A stretch of 64,000 nt of DNA from TPA_inf: Saccharomyces (lineage: Eukaryota): NCBI GenBank assembly GCA_000146045.2, contig BK006947.3:704001-768000 (forward strand), written 5' to 3'. Position 1 is the first letter of the stretch, and every line of letters begins with the position of its first letter. Under the pieces are notes generated by a model. The model saw nothing but the letters and a program-made list of their open reading frames with translations, was not told where the DNA came from and did not search any database. Made by a program: the position numbers and the translations under genes. This document shows positions 58,593-64,000 of the stretch, in pieces.

Positions 58593-60741
58593 AAAGAAAA
58601 AACTTGATTATTCTTTAGTCTTCCAGACCAGCGAGGCTATTTAGTTCTATTAGATTGATATACCAAAGCGACTATGGAGCAAGTTTTACAATATCTGTAT
58701 GATTGGCTGTAAATGCAAAACTAATTGTAGTAAACCAACAAGTGCTATGCTCTTTAATCAAGGGAAGCATTTAAGAAGTGATGTGATCATATTTTGTACA
58801 ATTGGAATTGCTTCCCTTCTATAAGTGTGAATTATTGTTCATATCTTCCAAGGAAATCATTTAAATGGCATTGCTTATCTACTGAACATTTAGTAAGCAA
58901 AAGTGAAATTTCTAGGGGACTGTTCGCTAAAGCTGTGCGCGGTCTAAAGAAAGCGGTAAAGATAGATAGCATCTAGTCCAATGAGACGAGAAAATATATA
59001 GATGACTCATAGAAGATAAAGTAGTCCTAAAGAATAGTGGTGCATCTTCTTTAAGCCTCACTCATTCTCGCTTATTCTTTCGTATATTTGCACAATAGGT
59101 ACGCTTGTCATTATGTAGATTCTCAATACTTGATTTAAGCAGACAATAACAATTTCCAAACGGAGACTTTTTTTTCCATGACATTCTAGAATTTGCACAT
59201 TTTGGCACCTCTGAAAAGATTGCGGATGATAGCGTCGTTCGCGAATCCCATTGATTCTATGAAGCCGCATCCAGGGTCTAAATTATTGCGCACGTTTTTC
59301 GGTGTGGTACACACTTTAGTCAATTGTGTTGTAAAAATCGATTGTTGAAGATGCCACCTAATGTGGTCGCTTTCTCATGAAAATTGATGGCGAAGGTTTA
59401 ACCTCCCAATTCTGTTGTTTGCAGACATTCATTAGACCAAGGTATTACTGACGGGCTATATGCGGTTAGCCGGTCATTGTAGTTTCACTTCTAAAGTGTA
59501 CAGTAACGTTTTGAAAGTTTCCTTTCTCAAATTGTCTATCGTACTAACATTGCATCAACAAATCGTGTTCGAACCGCCCAAACTCTCACTTCTGCGGTAT
59601 GGTTTTTTTAGCTTGGTGTCATAAACTTGTCCATTAGACAAGCAAGGTCATTGCGGATTCAGCTAAATATGGGAAATAAAACAAATTTTTAGGGCTAGGG
59701 CAATTGTTCCTTGGGAGCAAAAAATTAGGGCCCGGATATAGTCTTGCACAAGCTGTACAGTTGCTTATATGACGGCAGACGGTATTTATGTAAGCACCTT
59801 AGTAAAATAACTTTGTATGAGACATTCCTGGGCCGTAATATGATAGCTTTTAGCTTGTGAATGATGGCACCCACATCCTGTCTAAATAATTTTAATCTCG
59901 CACGCCGTTCTAGCTTGTGGTCGTGGTTTGTCTTGTTCAAAACGTAAAGCAATTCCCTCGCGTAAAAGTCTTGATAAACGCCCTTTCGCTGCAAAAGACC
60001 CACGCTTTTGCTATTTGATTTTTCTTGATAGTTTGACAATTCAATAAGTTTATAGTTTGATTTATCCTTTCAATTTTACACTTGTTAATGACATACTGAG
60101 AGCTCATTGGATGGAAGAAAGCATAAACGTAAATCAGGGTCCTGAGTGTCTGGGTGCTGTCTACGTTAGTACTATTCGGCTGCATTATATTCCCAATTCA
60201 CAAATAAATTAGGCTCATAACCGTAATTTTATTCGAGACATTTTTGGTTACTTCAAAATATTGTTATTATATAAAGATCATATAAAGTTCTTGGACAAGA
60301 TTGGATACATTTAGTTTTATTTTTGAAAATCACAAAGATGAAACAAAATAAAAAATGTCAGCGTGCCGCATTGAAAGGTAAAAACTAAAATTAATGAACT
60401 TTTCTAATAAAGATGAAAGGGAGAAAACAGTATACATTGTAGCAGAGCGTTTAGAAGGAGTACTCAGAAAGTTCTAAAAAGGCCTTATTTCAAACTCATG
60501 AAGAAAAAAAATTTCCATGAATGAATGATTGTATGATTGTATTGGCATGTAATATCTGCAGGATCCACTCAATCTTGAAAAGATACTGTAGAGGAATACC
60601 CGAACAACAAATAAATCATGTTACAACTCTTTGACGGCGAAGGGTGTGGCTACCGTGCTGCAACATTTTAGTTACTGCTGGTACATTAAAATTGGGAAGA
60701 TGTCCAAGAGAAGAACATGTTCTGCTATCGAATCTCTCACG

Positions 60742-60759
60742 ATATATATATATATATAT
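60742..60759. repeat. (TA)9 dinucleotide microsatellite.
   Basis: gatatatatatatatatatatt seen directly. Confidence 0.8.
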
Positions 60760-61233
60760 TTATATGACTCACCTGGTAAAACATCTATGTTTCGTTTCAT
60801 ATGAGGGCTTAGGTACCATTCTTTTAGAGTTAAGATCTCTTATTGTGGAAAAAAGAAGTTGAACGTGATTTCATTTGTTTATTGTGCTAGTGGCTGGAAA
60901 TATGAAAACTTTTGCTCTTGCAACGTACCTTTTTACTTAATGTCTTATATTTGAACACTGCTATCCCAGCTACACAACGCATTTTCTGAAGGAAGAGAGT
61001 TTAGAAGAAACCTTTCTCTGTCCATCGCTATAATCAGCCGTTTCTTTTTCGCTTCCTTACGAAGTAAAGGGTGTCCCTTTATAACGTAAGCGTCCAAAAT
61101 GCAGTTATTAATATACTCCATTGCACGCAAAGAAATTTCAAGGAAAGTATCCGGGAATTCTGATATTTTACACTTGCACTAATATACTCTTATTAGAAGT
61201 AGTGATGGTAGACCTCAAATCAATCTAAACATA

Positions 61234-61332
61234 ATGGATTTCCATACTGTTAAAGACGGCGATACGGAATTGAGGTGTCCTATTCCCGACACTTTTGATG
61301 CGTCAGCTATAATCAAATCTTATGTTAAATAA
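61234..61332 (+). pseudogene. 32-codon ORF (MDFHTVKDGDTELRCPIPDTFDASAIIKSYVK-TAA) in frame with PDR18 and 14 codons upstream of it. Likely a remnant of the ancestral PDR-family N-terminal region.
   Basis: Same reading frame as the PDR18 ATG (offset of 141 nt). A single TAA separates them. Resembles the N-terminal segments of PDR12/SNQ2-type transporters (recalled, not searched). Confidence 0.35.
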
Positions 61333-61374
61333 GCTTCTGAACAAGGGATTCATCTTCGTAAGGCAGGTGTAGCC

Positions 61375-64000
61375 ATGGAATGCGTTTCAGTAGAAGGTTT
61401 GGATTCTTCTTTTTTGGAGGGCCAAACCTTTGGCGATATTTTGTGTTTACCATGGACAATTATCAAGGGTATCCGTGAGCGGAAGAATCGCAATAAGATG
61501 AAGATCATTTTGAAGAATGTCAGTTTGCTGGCTAAATCAGGAGAGATGGTCCTTGTCCTAGGAAGACCAGGCGCTGGCTGTACATCATTTTTAAAGAGCG
61601 CTGCTGGTGAGACCAGTCAGTTTGCAGGTGGTGTAACAACAGGACATATATCGTACGATGGTATCCCTCAGAAAGAAATGATGCAACATTACAAGCCAGA
61701 TGTAATCTATAATGGTGAGCAAGATGTTCATTTCCCACATTTGACAGTAAAACAAACTCTAGATTTTGCTATTTCCTGTAAGATGCCCGCAAAAAGAGTC
61801 AATAATGTAACGAAAGAAGAGTATATTACTGCCAATAGAGAATTCTATGCTAAAATTTTTGGTTTGACGCATACTTTCGATACCAAAGTTGGTAACGATT
61901 TCATCAGCGGTGTATCTGGAGGTGAGCGTAAACGCGTTTCCATTGCTGAAGCATTAGCAGCGAAAGGTTCAATTTACTGCTGGGATAATGCTACAAGAGG
62001 TCTTGACTCTTCTACCGCGCTAGAATTTGCACGAGCTATTCGTACTATGACAAATCTGTTAGGTACAACGGCCCTTGTTACGGTTTACCAAGCCAGTGAA
62101 AACATTTATGAAACTTTTGATAAAGTCACTGTTCTATACGCTGGAAGACAAATATTTTGCGGCAAAACTACTGAAGCAAAAGATTATTTTGAAAACATGG
62201 GTTACTTGTGTCCACCGAGACAATCGACTGCTGAATATTTGACCGCAATTACTGATCCTAATGGTCTGCACGAAATAAAGCCTGGCTTTGAGTATCAAGT
62301 ACCTCATACCGCTGATGAATTCGAAAAATACTGGCTTGATTCCCCAGAATATGCCCGCCTAAAAGGTGAAATTCAGAAGTACAAACATGAAGTGAATACT
62401 GAATGGACCAAAAAAACATACAATGAGTCTATGGCACAAGAAAAGTCGAAAGGTACAAGAAAAAAATCTTATTATACGGTCTCTTATTGGGAGCAAATTA
62501 GACTTTGCACTATTAGAGGTTTTCTAAGGATTTACGGTGATAAGTCATACACCGTTATCAACACATGCGCTGCTATAGCACAGGCTTTTATCACTGGGTC
62601 ATTGTTCTACCAAGCACCTTCTTCAACTCTAGGGGCCTTTTCTAGAAGTGGCGTTCTGTTTTTTTCCCTCTTATATTATTCTTTGATGGGTTTAGCTAAT
62701 ATTAGTTTCGAGCACAGGCCAATATTGCAAAAACACAAGGTCTATTCACTATATCATCCCTCAGCTGAAGCGTTAGCAAGTACGATTTCTTCTTTTCCAT
62801 TCAGAATGATTGGTCTAACATTTTTCATAATCATCCTGTACTTCTTAGCCGGTTTGCATAGAAGCGCCGGTGCTTTTTTTACTATGTATTTGTTATTGAC
62901 AATGTGTTCAGAAGCTATTACAAGTTTGTTTCAGATGGTTTCATCTTTATGCGATACATTGTCCCAGGCCAACTCCATTGCCGGTGTTGTGATGTTATCT
63001 ATTGCCATGTATTCGACGTACATGATACAATTACCTTCAATGCATCCATGGTTTAAGTGGATTTCGTACATTCTACCCATTAGATATGCATTTGAATCGA
63101 TGTTAAATGCAGAATTTCATGGAAGACATATGGATTGTGGTGGCACTTTGGTTCCTTCTGGACCTGGGTTTGAAAACATCTTGCCAGAAAATCAAGTGTG
63201 TGCTTTTGTTGGTTCAAGGCCTGGCCAATCTTGGGTCCTAGGTGATGATTATTTGAGGGCCCAATATCAATATGAGTACAAAAATACTTGGAGAAACTTC
63301 GGCATCATGTGGTGTTTCTTAATTGGCTACATCGTCTTGAGGGCGGTTTTCACTGAGTACAAAAGTCCTGTCAAAAGTGGTGGTGATGCTCTGGTCGTCA
63401 AGAAGGGCACAAAGAATGCTATACAAAGATCATGGAGCAGCAAAAATGACGAAGAGAACCTTAATGCCTCTATAGCAACACAGGATATGAAAGAGATAGC
63501 TTCAAGTAACGACGATAGCACAAGTGCAGACTTTGAAGGTTTGGAATCTACCGGGGTGTTTATTTGGAAAAATGTTTCTTTCACAATTCCTCATTCTAGC
63601 GGACAACGTAAACTTCTGGACAGCGTAAGCGGTTACTGTGTTCCTGGTACTTTGACAGCATTAATAGGTGAGTCCGGCGCTGGTAAGACCACATTATTAA
63701 ACACTTTGGCTCAAAGGAACGTGGGAACGATTACTGGTGATATGTTAGTTGATGGTCTCCCAATGGACGCTAGTTTCAAAAGGCGTACCGGTTATGTTCA
63801 ACAGCAAGATCTTCATGTTGCTGAACTTACTGTCAAAGAATCGCTACAATTTAGTGCTCGTATGCGTCGGCCACAGTCTATTCCTGACGCTGAAAAGATG
63901 GAATATGTTGAAAAAATTATATCTATTCTTGAAATGCAGGAGTTCTCAGAAGCTCTTGTCGGCGAAATTGGTTACGGCTTGAATGTTGAACAGAGAAAGA
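61375..64000 (+). CDS. PDR18: Plasma-membrane PDR-subfamily ABC transporter, N-terminal 875 codons (the gene continues past the window end).
   Basis: MECVSVEGLDSS... with NBD1 Walker A GRPGAGCTSFLKS about 55 aa from the start. ABC signature VSGGERKR, six TM helices, then the second NBD Walker A GESGAGKTTLLN. YNR070W. Confidence 0.8.
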   Translation, partial: MECVSVEGLDSSFLEGQTFGDILCLPWTIIKGIRERKNRNKMKIILKNVSLLAKSGEMVLVLGRPGAGCTSFLKSAAGETSQFAGGVTTGHISYDGIPQKEMMQHYKPDVIYNGEQDVHFPHLTVKQTLDFAISCKMPAKRVNNVTKEEYITANREFYAKIFGLTHTFDTKVGNDFISGVSGGERKRVSIAEALAAKGSIYCWDNATRGLDSSTALEFARAIRTMTNLLGTTALVTVYQASENIYETFDKVTVLYAGRQIFCGKTTEAKDYFENMGYLCPPRQSTAEYLTAITDPNGLHEIKPGFEYQVPHTADEFEKYWLDSPEYARLKGEIQKYKHEVNTEWTKKTYNESMAQEKSKGTRKKSYYTVSYWEQIRLCTIRGFLRIYGDKSYTVINTCAAIAQAFITGSLFYQAPSSTLGAFSRSGVLFFSLLYYSLMGLANISFEHRPILQKHKVYSLYHPSAEALASTISSFPFRMIGLTFFIIILYFLAGLHRSAGAFFTMYLLLTMCSEAITSLFQMVSSLCDTLSQANSIAGVVMLSIAMYSTYMIQLPSMHPWFKWISYILPIRYAFESMLNAEFHGRHMDCGGTLVPSGPGFENILPENQVCAFVGSRPGQSWVLGDDYLRAQYQYEYKNTWRNFGIMWCFLIGYIVLRAVFTEYKSPVKSGGDALVVKKGTKNAIQRSWSSKNDEENLNASIATQDMKEIASSNDDSTSADFEGLESTGVFIWKNVSFTIPHSSGQRKLLDSVSGYCVPGTLTALIGESGAGKTTLLNTLAQRNVGTITGDMLVDGLPMDASFKRRTGYVQQQDLHVAELTVKESLQFSARMRRPQSIPDAEKMEYVEKIISILEMQEFSEALVGEIGYGLNVEQRK

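Noticed and set aside
59542-59610. Perfect TACTAAC on the + strand, followed 62 nt later by a poly-T-AG.
   Set aside because: No upstream GTATGT-type 5' splice site and no flanking ORF within a reasonable distance. A single TACTAAC is expected by chance several times in 64 kb.
1-64000. Search for prokaryote-style novel systems (CRISPR arrays, defence islands, operons), prompted by the task framing.
   Set aside because: The window is eukaryotic yeast chromosomal DNA. Genes are monocistronic with a spliceosomal intron, Ty LTRs and a Pol III tRNA gene. No direct-repeat or spacer arrays and no operonic architecture are present.

Overview
This window reads as Saccharomyces cerevisiae nuclear DNA, most likely the right arm of chromosome XIV from about YNR044W to YNR070W. 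Gene identities are assigned from memory of protein sequences and lengths and from gene order; no database search was run.

Gene order left to right: AGA1 (3' part, with a 21-bp Ser/Thr minisatellite), PET494, TRM112, FPK1, YNR048W (Cdc50 family), MSO1, LYS9, BRE5, POP2 (poly-Q CAG/CAA tracts), NOG2 (one intron), ESF2, a tRNA-Leu(UAA) gene, HOL1, the BIO5-BIO4-BIO3 cluster, MNT4, FRE4, YNR061C, PUL3 (YNR062C), PUL4 (YNR063W), YNR064C, YNR065C, YNR066C, DSE4, YNR068C, BSC5 and the 5' part of PDR18.

The tRNA-Leu(UAA) gene has a Ty3 sigma LTR 16 bp upstream of its 5' end and a nest of solo Ty LTRs beyond it.

The start codons of PET494, FPK1, YNR048W, BIO4, YNR062C, YNR066C and YNR068C lie downstream of the alternative-start ORF-track boundaries.

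In the right-hand 24 kb, three genes are interrupted by single in-frame stop codons:
- YNR066C|YNR065C is a split sortilin/Vps10-like gene.
- BSC5|YNR068C corresponds to the BUL3 read-through.
- PDR18 has an in-frame N-terminal remnant ORF upstream of its start.

The most novel-looking signal is at PUL3 (YNR062C):
- The open frame runs 79 codons upstream of the first ATG, with no ATG of its own.
- A candidate 42-codon upstream exon with a short GTAAGT...TGCTAAC...AG intron would restore a full-length MFS-type permease.

No prokaryotic-style systems (CRISPR, defence islands) are present; this is eukaryotic sequence.
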